25,667 nucleotides of DNA from a virus. Lineage: Duplodnaviria > Caudoviricetes. Under the pieces are notes generated by a model. That model did not search any database, was not told the origin of the DNA, and saw only the letters and a program-made list of their open reading frames with translations. Positions 15,313 to 24,995 of this stretch are shown here, one piece after another. The stretch's first letter is position 1; each line of letters begins with the position of its first letter. The stretch spans positions 1-25,667 of IMG/VR virus record IMGVR_UViG_3300020045_009155. One strand, given 5' to 3'. The position numbers were made by a program, and so were the translations under genes.

Positions 15313-15416
15313 GTAGGCAAAGTTAACGGCTTTGCGGCAAAAAGACAACAACGCAGGCGAGGCGATGTCGCATGAAACACCGCCCGCTCTGCGCTCCCAT
15401 GAGCAAGTAGCCCGTG

Positions 15417-15665
15417 TTACTTGAAATAAGTTTTGATTAGGTGGGTAATGATATTCACCGCATTGATTCCGACACCGAAAAGAAGTCCCCAATTCTTTTC
15501 GTCGATTGCATTTGCCACGTCGGTTGCCGTGTCTGCAAGTTCGTTTGCGGTTGCCGCATCACCTGAAACGCCAAAATAGGCAAAGGCTGCGGCAATGATC
15601 GTTGCGATACCAACCCACATGTTTTGGCTTTTCAGTGGGCTTTTTTTAACTTGAGTCGTACCCAT
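15417..15665 (-). CDS. Putative holin (2 TM; start MGTTQVKK)
   Basis: KS.LKS..MW.GIATII motif, two TM segments, end of the late operon. Confidence 0.6.
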   Translation of the reverse strand: MGTTQVKKSPLKSQNMWVGIATIIAAAFAYFGVSGDAATANELADTATDVANAIDEKNWGLLFGVGINAVNIITHLIKTYFK

Positions 15666-15673
15666 GTTGTATG

Positions 15674-15976
15674 TTATTTTTGCCGCCTCATGGCGACGGT
15701 TAGTGATCTGATTTCGACTTCTGCGGCCGCAAGTTTCACGGCCAATTGAACGTTGTTTGCATGACAGCTTGCAAGCTCTGACCGAAGCTGTTTGATATCC
15801 AACCCGGTTTCCAACTTCAAAAGCTGGTAGTCCTCTTTCATGGCTTTTTTGTCGCCTGTATAAAGCCCCCACATGCCGCCAAATCCAATACAAAGAATGG
15901 TGACGGCGAGGCCCGACTTCCGCAATTGTTCAACCATAATCTTTTGAAGCTCAAGCATGAGATTATACTTTTCCAT
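15674..15976 (-). CDS. Single-TM plus coiled-coil protein, lysis-associated candidate
   Basis: TM segment GLAVTILCIGFGGMWGLY followed by heptad repeats. Confidence 0.55.
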   Translation of the reverse strand: MEKYNLMLELQKIMVEQLRKSGLAVTILCIGFGGMWGLYTGDKKAMKEDYQLLKLETGLDIKQLRSELASCHANNVQLAVKLAAAEVEIRSLTVAMRRQK

Positions 15977-16024
15977 GACGGCCGTTTTTTTGTTTTTAAT
16001 CGCAAAATTCCGGCCAATTATTAC

Positions 16025-16642
16025 TTATCTGTTTCCGCTTCCGCCTTCGGGGATTAATTGGTAGGCCCTATCTAATGTCGTCCATCTTTTCCCGTTCGGG
16101 CTTTTGTAAAATTCCGTATTCGTTCCTGTGGTAGGGAAATCCCTTAGTCTGATAACACTACCCAAAAGATCGGTTTGCCGGTTCGTCGTGGTCACGTATT
16201 GGTACCTTAATTTATCCTGTCCGGTCTTATTGAATGTGATAACCGTCGTTCCGCTTCCGTTTTTGACAGTCCATCCGGGCTGTAAAAATTGCTCCAAGTC
16301 TTTAGCTTCGATACTGTCTTGTGGCGAAAGTCCGGCCTTTGCAACGATTTCGTCGTTTTCGTTCAGGATGGCTTTTACACGTTTCGGAAAACCGGATGTA
16401 TAATTAGCGTCCACTGCCATGCTCGATGTGCCGTTTCGGATACCATCAACAGTGCTGTTGTAAAGCGCAGATGTGTCGCCTATAAATTGCGGCGCAATCG
16501 CGGGCGGCCCTGAATCATACTTAGTTACAAAAATCCTGTACCATCCGTCGGGATACCATTGCAGGTAAGTTGAATCAGATATGGCCTCGCGTTGCCCGAA
16601 GGCAAAAAGCGGGAAAAAGAGGAAAAGAAGTGCGTATTTCAT
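16025..16642 (-). CDS. Exported protein of unknown function (start MKYALL)
   Basis: Signal peptide MKYALLFLFFPLFAFG-Q. Confidence 0.75.
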   Translation of the reverse strand: MKYALLFLFFPLFAFGQREAISDSTYLQWYPDGWYRIFVTKYDSGPPAIAPQFIGDTSALYNSTVDGIRNGTSSMAVDANYTSGFPKRVKAILNENDEIVAKAGLSPQDSIEAKDLEQFLQPGWTVKNGSGTTVITFNKTGQDKLRYQYVTTTNRQTDLLGSVIRLRDFPTTGTNTEFYKSPNGKRWTTLDRAYQLIPEGGSGNR

Positions 16643-16652
16643 GTGATTGTTT

Positions 16653-18467
16653 TTATTGACCAATATGTATGTTTATGATGTATTGCACAGCGTCAGTCGG
16701 TGCGTTTTGTGTCGAAATCGTAAATGCTGTGTTACTTTCAGCACTTACATAAAGGTTCAGCCCTGTGCAGTCCACGTCTGCGCATGAAAAGACCGGGTAA
16801 TTAGTCACGCCCGCGTCCATCGAACTTGCATAGGTCACGGTGAAAAGTGCGCCCGTCGTTGCTGTTGTTCCTGTCGTCAGGGTAACTTTCATACTCAAAT
16901 CATTACCGGCAACGGCAATCGTCGGCCCGGTTCCGGCTGCGGCTCCTGCGGCAATGCTTGGTGTTTTCGAAGATGTCAGACGAAACATTACCCCGTTTTC
17001 GCGGGCGTCCAAACTTTCGCGGTCGCTGTTGAATCGCAGCGTATTGTTTACCGCTGGTTCTTGCGCCGTCGTTCCCGATGGTATTTTGATTGCGTCGGTA
17101 TTATCCCCTGCGTCCAGTGATACATCCGGCGTTGCCGTATTGATTCCGACGCGGCGGTCGTTGCGTATCCTTACAATGGTGCTGTCGTTTGAGTTCGCGA
17201 AATTAGCCGCGTCGGTTGCGGATGTGGAGCCGGATCCGTTAATATCAAGGCGGGCATTGGCGTCGGTCGTGTGTCCGACAAGCATATTGCCATTTGCGCC
17301 GGTTATTCTCGCTTTTTCGCTCCACGTTGTACCGTCTGCTGTTGATACCGTTCCAAATTCAATAGCAGGCGAAGGCACGCCCGATGATGGGCAGAAAATC
17401 CTTGTTGCTCCAGATGCGGCATACGCGCCGTACCGTATATTGGATGATTCGTAAAGATTGAACGATGTTGTGGCCACCCCCCCGGTTGACCCAAAAGACA
17501 GTTCGCTAAAACTGTTACTACTAATGCCTGCCGAACCAAAGGTCATGAAGTTCGAGTTATTGCGGCGTAGTATCAAATTATGGTTACTGAACGTTCCAAA
17601 TATTGCCGCGCTTAGGCCATTGTCAATGAACGGGCCTAATGACGTAACTGTTCCGTTTGTAATCTCAACTATTGGCCCAAATGAATATTGGGGGGTGTAG
17701 CATATCCTACTCGATCCGTCTACAATTTCAAGGCGCGGTCGAACGCCTGATATTGGCCCGTTTGCGCCTGTGGTATTAAGTAGTAGCGCGTTGTTTGTGC
17801 TGTCTATTCTTATGGTTGATTCATACCCAACGCGCCCTGTTCCAGTCCAAAATGCAACTCGATTTGTAAGCCCTAATCCCGCATCACCCAAATCCCCATC
17901 AGCATCAGCGCCAACAAGTCGCGTGGGCGTGTCGGTGGTCAGGTCTGAAATGCGGGCTTCGCCTTCAACGTCGAGCGTCCGGACGGGCGCTACCTGATTA
18001 CCGATTTTTAAACGGTTGTTAACTGTATCAACCAGCAACGTGCTTTCGTACCCAATCGCGCCCGCGTCTGTCCAAATACCTAAGCGGTTTGCAAGTCCGG
18101 TGCCGGTAAGTCCGCCGGATCCTGCGCCGATCTGATCCCATGCCGCGCCATCCCATGCGTACAATTCAGGCGGGTTGCAGGCGTTGATAACGACCTTGCT
18201 TTGGTGTTTCGTTGGCGTGTATGCCGGGGCCGCGCAACCGGAAATGTTCTGGATCCAGTTGTTACCTATCAGCGTCCATGTGGTGCCGTAGGAACGGACG
18301 TACAGATTCCAGGTCGTTGTGTCGAGCGCCCATTTTGCGCCGGTCGTTCCGGGGTTATGTACCGGGACTCCTGCGCAAAATGTAACGCCCGTTGTGTACA
18401 ACGTTTGGCCGATGACGGGGGCCGAAATAAAAAGGAGTATGAAAAAAAGTATGTGCTTCATAGTCAT
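16653..18467 (-). CDS. Tail-fibre-like protein with N-terminal signal peptide
   Basis: Gly/Thr-rich with RVGINTATP, LDVEG and LDING fibre-type motifs. Internal ~30-aa repeat. Starts MKHILFFILLFISAPVIG-Q. Confidence 0.7.
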   Translation of the reverse strand: MTMKHILFFILLFISAPVIGQTLYTTGVTFCAGVPVHNPGTTGAKWALDTTTWNLYVRSYGTTWTLIGNNWIQNISGCAAPAYTPTKHQSKVVINACNPPELYAWDGAAWDQIGAGSGGLTGTGLANRLGIWTDAGAIGYESTLLVDTVNNRLKIGNQVAPVRTLDVEGEARISDLTTDTPTRLVGADADGDLGDAGLGLTNRVAFWTGTGRVGYESTIRIDSTNNALLLNTTGANGPISGVRPRLEIVDGSSRICYTPQYSFGPIVEITNGTVTSLGPFIDNGLSAAIFGTFSNHNLILRRNNSNFMTFGSAGISSNSFSELSFGSTGGVATTSFNLYESSNIRYGAYAASGATRIFCPSSGVPSPAIEFGTVSTADGTTWSEKARITGANGNMLVGHTTDANARLDINGSGSTSATDAANFANSNDSTIVRIRNDRRVGINTATPDVSLDAGDNTDAIKIPSGTTAQEPAVNNTLRFNSDRESLDARENGVMFRLTSSKTPSIAAGAAAGTGPTIAVAGNDLSMKVTLTTGTTATTGALFTVTYASSMDAGVTNYPVFSCADVDCTGLNLYVSAESNTAFTISTQNAPTDAVQYIINIHIGQ

Positions 18468-20989
18468 GATGGTGTTACGCTTGTTAATGTTCCCGGCTTA
18501 ACAGCGAAATGACCTGGGGCGGCTATGTACCAGCCCCCGACGGCAACGCCGTATGAATCGACGGCTTCTTCGTCGCTTATACACACAGGCAAAACCAAAT
18601 TAAGCAGGTCCCCTATCGTTGTGGGCAAATACCTGTTTTCTGTGGTGTCGTAATAAAGCAGGTCGCCGTTTGCGGTGCCAATTGGCAAATGATTCCGGCC
18701 AACGCGTCGGGCAATGGTAATGATTGAATATGGCGGGTAATTATCCTGCGTCGTTCCCGTAACCGATAACACGCCGTCGCTTTCCGCTGTCGTTGCCGTA
18801 ACAGTCAATTCTTCGAAGCTTCCGGTTAACGGGTTGGTTAGCCTAATAATGTCATCTTCCCAAAATTGCCCGGCATTTGCAGCAACATATAGGTCGATGG
18901 AGGTTTGTGCCCCGGCGTCTAATTGGTAGCGCAACACCCCGTCTTTGATCGGCGTTAGTACCGTTCCTTGTGGTATGTTCGTGTTAACCTGATATCCCGG
19001 TTGATTGTTGGCATTGCCGCCGGGGTATGTTTCGACACCCGTTTCATTGCCGTTCGGGTTGATTATGATCTTTTTCTTTCGCTTAATCGGTAGCGTTGAA
19101 AAGGTATTGTTGTATTCCATTTCGTGGAAAAGGCCGGACAATTCGTTGTAGTCCAATGCCCATTCCCCGGAGTGGAAAAGGTAATCAACCGTTACGCTAT
19201 CGCTTGTCCAGCGAAAAAGACGGCGGGGCGTGAACACACCCCTAACTGTGCCGTTTGCTTTTTTGATCGGGTGTAATTGCCCGGCAAGTATGGCCTCGGA
19301 AAGAAGCTGCCCCAATGCCGAATCCGCAGCGTCAACACCGTTGCCCCATTGGCCACCAAGCACGAAGTCCCCTGCGTCATCGACAAACACGGCACCCAAT
19401 GTATTAGGATCAAGCGACGTGCCGATGGTTACGGTCGTTTCCAGTACCTCGCTATACTGATCTTCGTCATTCAACGAGTCGTATTCGTCAACGTCGCTCA
19501 CCGTTGTTTGTACGCCGTCGGTATATGTTCCAAGATAGATTTCAACGACCGACCAATGCAGTTCCAGTTCCGCCGGGTCGATGATGTTGTTTCCAGAATC
19601 CCGAAACTCCAAAAAGTCAAATTCGAGGGTTATTTTATTGCCGTCAAGTTGCAAAGGCGGCAAATCCTGATCAAGTACCGTAACATTCGTGGTCGTGAAT
19701 CCAGTGGGCGGAACTCCGCCGATCATTCCAAGCACGTCGAAAGTTGCAGGCGTGGAATCGTCTACCCATTGCCCGGCGGCTGTGGGTGAATAAACTATCT
19801 GATAACTAAACTGCTGAAAATACCCGAACCTGTCCCAGTAGTCCCCATCAACGCCAACCTTTTCAACAAGCAACGATCCCTGGAATTTCAGGTAAATAGG
19901 AGTGCTTGCGCCCCCCGTGTAAGACAGGTTCTTAACGCTGTGCAGGATGTTCATTTTGAACCGAAGCACCGTGCCATCTGTGGCTTTATACAGCGGATTG
20001 TAAACCTCAAACGACGTGTTGTTTTCGTCTATAGTTGCCCCAACTAAGTAGTTACGCCTTTGGAAGGTGTCAAAATTGACAATTGTTTTTAGCAGGCCGG
20101 GGTAGTAATCGTAATTCAAAGGGAACTTCCAACGCAAGGTCGATGCCGGGTCGGTGTTGTCGATAATGTTTTCGTCGGTGTTGGGCGTGTTGGATATGTA
20201 GTTGCCCTGGTAGTCGTAGTTCCGCGTCGTGTAATCTCCCTGCCGGTACGATACCTGCTCGATAATGAACACCCCGGAAATCTGCCGTATGTAGCAGCCG
20301 AACGCTTTTAAGATGTCCTCCAACACCTCCAAGCAGGAAAGCGCCTTTTGGTCGCCTTTTTCAAATCGGTAGTAATTGGCATGGTCAACATAAGCGTCGG
20401 CCAAAGGATCGTTTGCGTTGTCCCGCGTCATCGATGCCTCCCACCAATCGACAGCCGTAAACAGGAACGCTTCTGTGTTTGTCCAATGCGTGGTTACATA
20501 GGGCAGTTTGTTCAGGCAATTCAAAATGTGTTCGATCAAAGAAACTTTGCCGTCGTAAAACGTGGTCGACGTTGGCCGGTATTCTATTTTTCGAAGCGCC
20601 GCAATGCCGTCGGTTGCCGTAACCGTGTAAACCGTTTTTTCCTCGTCCTGATAGCTCGATATGTCTGGTAAAATTACCCCGGCCCAATACCGGGTGGCTA
20701 AAGATGTGACTTCCAGTCGAACCGTAAACCTGCCTTCTGCGCTGCTTTGTATGTCGTAAATGAATGCGTTTTGATCGCTGGAATTTATTACAAAGTTGAA
20801 TTTCAGTTCGCTTCCCCGAATGGGGGCGTGTCGATCTTCGCCGCCTGCGCTCCATCGAAGCGTTTGCCCAATATCCAATTCAATTTCCTCCGCCGTACCG
20901 GCGAAAGACGAATCCCATACCTCGATACGCCACTCCGTAGAAGTAGGGTTGTCCGCCGCAAACATTGTGCTGTAAAAACGTAGTGCCAT
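18464..20989 (-). CDS. Large tail tip/baseplate hub-like structural protein
   Basis: 841 aa, acidic and beta-rich, immediately after the tape measure gene. Confidence 0.7.
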   Translation of the reverse strand: MALRFYSTMFAADNPTSTEWRIEVWDSSFAGTAEEIELDIGQTLRWSAGGEDRHAPIRGSELKFNFVINSSDQNAFIYDIQSSAEGRFTVRLEVTSLATRYWAGVILPDISSYQDEEKTVYTVTATDGIAALRKIEYRPTSTTFYDGKVSLIEHILNCLNKLPYVTTHWTNTEAFLFTAVDWWEASMTRDNANDPLADAYVDHANYYRFEKGDQKALSCLEVLEDILKAFGCYIRQISGVFIIEQVSYRQGDYTTRNYDYQGNYISNTPNTDENIIDNTDPASTLRWKFPLNYDYYPGLLKTIVNFDTFQRRNYLVGATIDENNTSFEVYNPLYKATDGTVLRFKMNILHSVKNLSYTGGASTPIYLKFQGSLLVEKVGVDGDYWDRFGYFQQFSYQIVYSPTAAGQWVDDSTPATFDVLGMIGGVPPTGFTTTNVTVLDQDLPPLQLDGNKITLEFDFLEFRDSGNNIIDPAELELHWSVVEIYLGTYTDGVQTTVSDVDEYDSLNDEDQYSEVLETTVTIGTSLDPNTLGAVFVDDAGDFVLGGQWGNGVDAADSALGQLLSEAILAGQLHPIKKANGTVRGVFTPRRLFRWTSDSVTVDYLFHSGEWALDYNELSGLFHEMEYNNTFSTLPIKRKKKIIINPNGNETGVETYPGGNANNQPGYQVNTNIPQGTVLTPIKDGVLRYQLDAGAQTSIDLYVAANAGQFWEDDIIRLTNPLTGSFEELTVTATTAESDGVLSVTGTTQDNYPPYSIITIARRVGRNHLPIGTANGDLLYYDTTENRYLPTTIGDLLNLVLPVCISDEEAVDSYGVAVGGWYIAAPGHFAVKPGTLTSVTPS

Positions 20990-23493
20990 CAGAAAGCCCC
21001 GGTTAGACGCTTGTTAGAAGTTTCAGCCCTTTTCAGCACTGTTAGTAAGTCCTGCCCGCGCAAAATGTATTCAGCGATAATGCCGCCCATCCCGGCCCCG
21101 GATTGCTGCATAAGGCCCGGCAGTTTGTTAAGCGGAATAATCGCCTCACGCCCGCCGGGGTTATCGCCTACCATTGCAAGCGTCGGTTTTGTGGTTATGC
21201 CGCCTTCAGCAAGGGCGGGTATTTTGATTTTGCCCAAAAGACCGGAAAACAAAGCAGATGCCGCAGCGCCCGCCGCCGCAGCCAATGGGATGGCAAGTAG
21301 TGGCGATGCGCCGGTAAGCGGGTTTCGAAACACGTTTGCCACAAGCGCAGAAACACCCTGTTGAATAAAGTTCTTAACAATCTTTTTTGTTGCCTGTCCA
21401 AGCGCCTGCACATATCCCGCTAAGCTTGCTTCTGACTGCTCCGAATAGGCCGTTACCGCATTAGCGATGGCGAAGGCGCTTTGCTCGATTGCGCTGCCAT
21501 TTTCGGCAACATTGGCAGCAACAATGCCATACACTTCGGAAAAACTAAGCGTCTTTTCTTTGATGGCGTCGAATGCTGCGCCTACATTTAACCCAAGCGA
21601 TGTAAACGTTTCGGATGTTGCGCCTACCAAATCCTGCATTGCAAAAAGACCGTCACGGATTGCGCCAAAAGACGGGTCTACTGCAACTCCAAATTCGGTG
21701 CTTACCTCATTTACTGTCTTGCCTTGTAGCCCGGACGATAACAGCGGCTTATCGGCCAGCGGATCAAAATTGGCTTGAATCAACCTGCTTTGCTCGATCA
21801 GGGCTTTGTTTTTGGCCTCGATTGCGGCTGCCTCTTTTCGTAGTTCGGCCTCTGTTTTTACTGATGTATCGCCGTACTTTTTTGTAGTGCCTGCCGCCTT
21901 TGTTTGTGATGCAATAGACCGATCCGTTTCAAGTATTACGTCAACAAGTGCGGCGCGCTGCGCCTCAATTCCTTTGGTTAAGTCCTCTATGTTGCCAGCG
22001 TATGTTTTGGCGTTCAGCGCCGCAAAAGCGCCCGCGTTACCAAGCGACAAAAGACCGTTTCCGACTTGCTGGAGTATCGACGGGTCGGCAGCTTCACGAA
22101 CATTTATCAACTGCTTTTCGAGGTCAACCAACTTATCACGCGCCGCCTGTGCTTTGGCTGTCAGCAACAGGGATGCAATGTACTTTTCCTGTGCCGCCGT
22201 TACCGCTTCAATGCTGATCTTGTTTTTGTCGAGCGTTCCGAAGTATTCCGGGGCAATGCGTATCAGTTCGTCAAGTGCCTTGCGACGTTCGGCGTAGCTT
22301 GCATTTTCGTCTTTGATTGCGGCAATAAGTAGATCGGTTTCCGACTTCGCTTTCGCAACCGTTTCGGCAGCCGTTTTGTTTACGTCATTGACGGCCATTT
22401 GTGCCTTTTCCGCGTCGCTTGCGCTGTTGGCAAGTTCGGAATACGCAAAAGCAAGTGCAGTAATAACAGCGATTGCAATACCAATACCCGTAGCTTTTTG
22501 AGCCAAAGACAATGCCTGAAAAGCTTTTGCCGCGTTCAATGCGGCGCCCGAAACAGAAAGCAGTCCTTTTTTGACGCCTTCCAGCCCGATAACATACGTT
22601 GCCTTTGCCGCCTGTAACAATCCGAAAATCTTAACAAGCGGCCCTAATGCAATCAGGAAAGCGCCTACGGAAAGCACAACGGCGCGAACGGTTGGGTTAA
22701 GTTCGGCAAACGAATTGGCAAGAGATGAAATTACATTTGAAAAAGAGGCAAGCGTACCCGTAACATCGAAAGCGTCGTTAATCGCAAAGCCAACGGTTGC
22801 CAGGCTTTGGTTAACGCTGTCGCGCATGTTGTCGAATGCGTTTTTAATGCCGCCCGTTGCTTTGGGTAGCTTTTCAAGTTGCTCAACAATGGCGGCGGTA
22901 AATTCCTGTGATGATAGGCCAAGCTTTTGAATGTCCTCTGTATTCGAGGTTCCAAACGCCTGTTTCATCAATGTGCGGATTTGTGGCAGGCGTTCCGCGA
23001 TTTGGTTGATTTCTTCGGCAAAGACCTTTCCCTTTGAGCTGATTTGCCCGATTGCTGTGATAACGCCGTCAAGTTCAGCGCCGCCCTTTCCGGCAAGTGC
23101 CAAACCATTGCCGAACGCTTCGATTGTTCGCCGCGCTTCTTCTGCCGATAGCCCGACCGCCTGTAATTGTACCGAGCCGCGAACGGCCTGCTCAAAGCCA
23201 AGGCCCGGCGCTAAAGCCGCCTTCCGCAAAAGCTCCAGTTCTTCGCGGGCCTTTTCAGCACTGCCTAATTGGCCCTCCAATGCAAGCGTAAGACTTTCGA
23301 TATCGCCCGCTGCCTTAACAGCAGATACGCCAATAGCGGCCAACGGAAGGCCGATAGACAAGGCAATATCCTGACCAATAGAGGAAAGCCGCTGACCGCT
23401 GGCCTGCAGCTTTTTTTCAGCCTGCAAAAGCCCCTTTTCCATCGGGGCAAGTATGGCCCCAATTCGCACATTTAGTTCCGCTATTGTTGCCAT
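20989..23493 (-). CDS. Tail tape measure protein
   Basis: Ala-rich helical protein with GQISSKGKVFAEEINQIAERLP and C-terminal LAEGGI...VGDNPGGREAIIPL. Follows the chaperones. Confidence 0.93.
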   Translation of the reverse strand: MATIAELNVRIGAILAPMEKGLLQAEKKLQASGQRLSSIGQDIALSIGLPLAAIGVSAVKAAGDIESLTLALEGQLGSAEKAREELELLRKAALAPGLGFEQAVRGSVQLQAVGLSAEEARRTIEAFGNGLALAGKGGAELDGVITAIGQISSKGKVFAEEINQIAERLPQIRTLMKQAFGTSNTEDIQKLGLSSQEFTAAIVEQLEKLPKATGGIKNAFDNMRDSVNQSLATVGFAINDAFDVTGTLASFSNVISSLANSFAELNPTVRAVVLSVGAFLIALGPLVKIFGLLQAAKATYVIGLEGVKKGLLSVSGAALNAAKAFQALSLAQKATGIGIAIAVITALAFAYSELANSASDAEKAQMAVNDVNKTAAETVAKAKSETDLLIAAIKDENASYAERRKALDELIRIAPEYFGTLDKNKISIEAVTAAQEKYIASLLLTAKAQAARDKLVDLEKQLINVREAADPSILQQVGNGLLSLGNAGAFAALNAKTYAGNIEDLTKGIEAQRAALVDVILETDRSIASQTKAAGTTKKYGDTSVKTEAELRKEAAAIEAKNKALIEQSRLIQANFDPLADKPLLSSGLQGKTVNEVSTEFGVAVDPSFGAIRDGLFAMQDLVGATSETFTSLGLNVGAAFDAIKEKTLSFSEVYGIVAANVAENGSAIEQSAFAIANAVTAYSEQSEASLAGYVQALGQATKKIVKNFIQQGVSALVANVFRNPLTGASPLLAIPLAAAAGAAASALFSGLLGKIKIPALAEGGITTKPTLAMVGDNPGGREAIIPLNKLPGLMQQSGAGMGGIIAEYILRGQDLLTVLKRAETSNKRLTGAF

Positions 23494-23813
23494 GCCTGTT
23501 GTTGTTTACGTTTTGCAAGTCGTTCAGCCATTCGAACGTCGGCCCGCGCCCGTCGTTCTGCCAGCTCTTCGTCGGACAGTCGGACACCCAAAGGCGCTTT
23601 TTTATCCCAAGGCATAGGCCAAACATCGCTAAGGGTTGGCGTCTTTTTCTTTGGGTTGAAATTGACGCTTACCATTTTGTATGTCATGATTCGCGCAATT
23701 TCCCAGCTTTCCCGGCTTCGTTGCTCGTACCCTTTCATAGCATTGGCGAAAAAACGCGGTGTCATGTCCCAGAAATCGTTTTCGCTGTACCCCATTTGCG
23801 CGGCTGTTGTCAT
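23481..23813 (-). CDS. Tail assembly chaperone T segment, probably expressed as a G-T fusion
   Basis: MGYSENDFWDMTPR motif. The frame stays open upstream to the slippery site. Confidence 0.8.
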   Translation of the reverse strand: MTTAAQMGYSENDFWDMTPRFFANAMKGYEQRSRESWEIARIMTYKMVSVNFNPKKKTPTLSDVWPMPWDKKAPLGVRLSDEELAERRARADVRMAERLAKRKQQQAWQQ

Positions 23814-23827
23814 CCATGCGTCGAGGT

Positions 23828-24229
23828 CTATTTGGCCGTCATTTTCACTTTCCGGGCTGCTGCCGGGACTTTCCCCGGCTTCGGCTTTTTTTCGTTGTCA
23901 GGCTTTGGCAGGCTGTCTGCGTAGATGGTTACAAGTTGCGCAATGGCGGCTTCATCTCCGAGCAGGTTGTCGGCAATGTCCAGCGGGTCAAGTTCCATGC
24001 TTTGCCCGCGCTGCCTATATCCGTTGGTAATTCCGACGGCGGCAATTTGACACAGTTCCAGGGAAAACGGCATTGATGCATCGCCGCCCAATTGCTTTTT
24101 CGCCGCGTTGACGACAGTCAAAAAATCGTTTTGCATCGAAGCGTTAAACCGGACTTGGTACAACACCTGTGCTGCGTTTGAAAAACTGATAGGATGCGTT
24201 ACGCCCCCCAAAGTGATGTTCTGTATCAT
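23828..24229 (-). CDS. Tail assembly chaperone G (start MIQNITLGG)
   Basis: Position between tail tube and tape measure genes, plus the frameshift signal. Confidence 0.8.
   Translation of the reverse strand: MIQNITLGGVTHPISFSNAAQVLYQVRFNASMQNDFLTVVNAAKKQLGGDASMPFSLELCQIAAVGITNGYRQRGQSMELDPLDIADNLLGDEAAIAQLVTIYADSLPKPDNEKKPKPGKVPAAARKVKMTAK
23862..23891 (-). promoter_or_regulatory. -1 programmed ribosomal frameshift signal
   Basis: In-frame A AAA AAG (23891-23885), 5-nt spacer, hairpin GCCGGG-GAAAGT-CCCGGC. Confidence 0.78.
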
Positions 24230-24285
24230 GCTTAGAACATTTATGTTTGCCCGAACGCGGGTTAACACGTCCGGGCTTTGTTTGG

Positions 24286-24693
24286 TTACGATGTGTAGGT
24301 CGGTTCGCCGGTGCCGGTGATCTCGAACGAGAACGTTACGCCCGCGTCGTTGCCCTGCGAAGATTTGGAAAGGCTTGTGATGTAGCCGTCGCCTTCTTCG
24401 GCGAAATCGCCCGCAACGCCGGTATCAAGCGAAACACCAACAAGCGTTTCGTTAATCATGGCGTCCCAAAGCTGTTTGTAGCCAAGCGTTGCATCGAAGG
24501 CTAAAAGTCCCTCCCCGCTCATTGTCCAAGACAAAGTGCCGGTTCGGTTTTCGGCAAAAGCGCCGGAATCCTTACACGTCGTTTGGTAGGTTTCCCGGCT
24601 CATCGAAAATTCAGCGTTTGTCTGGCAGGTGATTTTCACACCGTCGATGTAGATTGCCAGGTCTTTTGCAAGTACTGTTCCTGTTGTGGGCAT
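24286..24693 (-). CDS. Major tail tube protein
   Basis: TTCKDSG...G.LSWTMSGEG...G.GYITSLS...TFSFEITGTG. Confidence 0.9.
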   Translation of the reverse strand: MPTTGTVLAKDLAIYIDGVKITCQTNAEFSMSRETYQTTCKDSGAFAENRTGTLSWTMSGEGLLAFDATLGYKQLWDAMINETLVGVSLDTGVAGDFAEEGDGYITSLSKSSQGNDAGVTFSFEITGTGEPTYTS

Positions 24694-24701
24694 AGTGTTT
24701 G

Positions 24702-24995
24702 TTATTTGCTGCCTTTGTCGGGCGGTGTGGAAATCGTTGCTTTATCGGGCGGTGCGGCAATGGCTTTGCCTCCCTTTTCCTGTATATCGCTGTCAGGCGC
24801 AAAGCAGGCTTGTTGAACGGGCGCGTCTGCTGCGTAGCGAAGCGACCGCGTACCGTCCGGCACTTGTTCGGCTTTGCCTGCTGCAATAAGCGCATCAGCG
24901 TCTTTATCTTTCAGTCCCACCACGTTACCGGGGGCGCATTGAATCGTTCCTTTGGCGTTCTGCCAGTGGCATTTTAGCCTTACCATTTTGCTCAT
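24702..24995 (-). CDS. Small hypothetical virion-region protein
   Basis: PG.VV....ADALIAAGKAE motif and operon position. Confidence 0.65.
   Translation of the reverse strand: MSKMVRLKCHWQNAKGTIQCAPGNVVGLKDKDADALIAAGKAEQVPDGTRSLRYAADAPVQQACFAPDSDIQEKGGKAIAAPPDKATISTPPDKGSK

Noticed and set aside
14412-15316. Long ORFs 14412..15005 and 14648..15316
   Set aside because: They overlap better-supported genes. Only the last 47 codons of the first look genuine, and the second crosses a terminator.
16840-23475. Many + strand ORFs opposite the tail and tape measure genes
   Set aside because: Antisense shadows of Ala/Gly/Thr-rich coding sequence, with no motifs or initiation signals.
23869-23875. Lambda-type GGGAAAG slippery site
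   Set aside because: It is read GGG AAA G in the G frame, the wrong phase for tandem -1 slippage, and lies within the stimulatory hairpin. A AAA AAG fits better.
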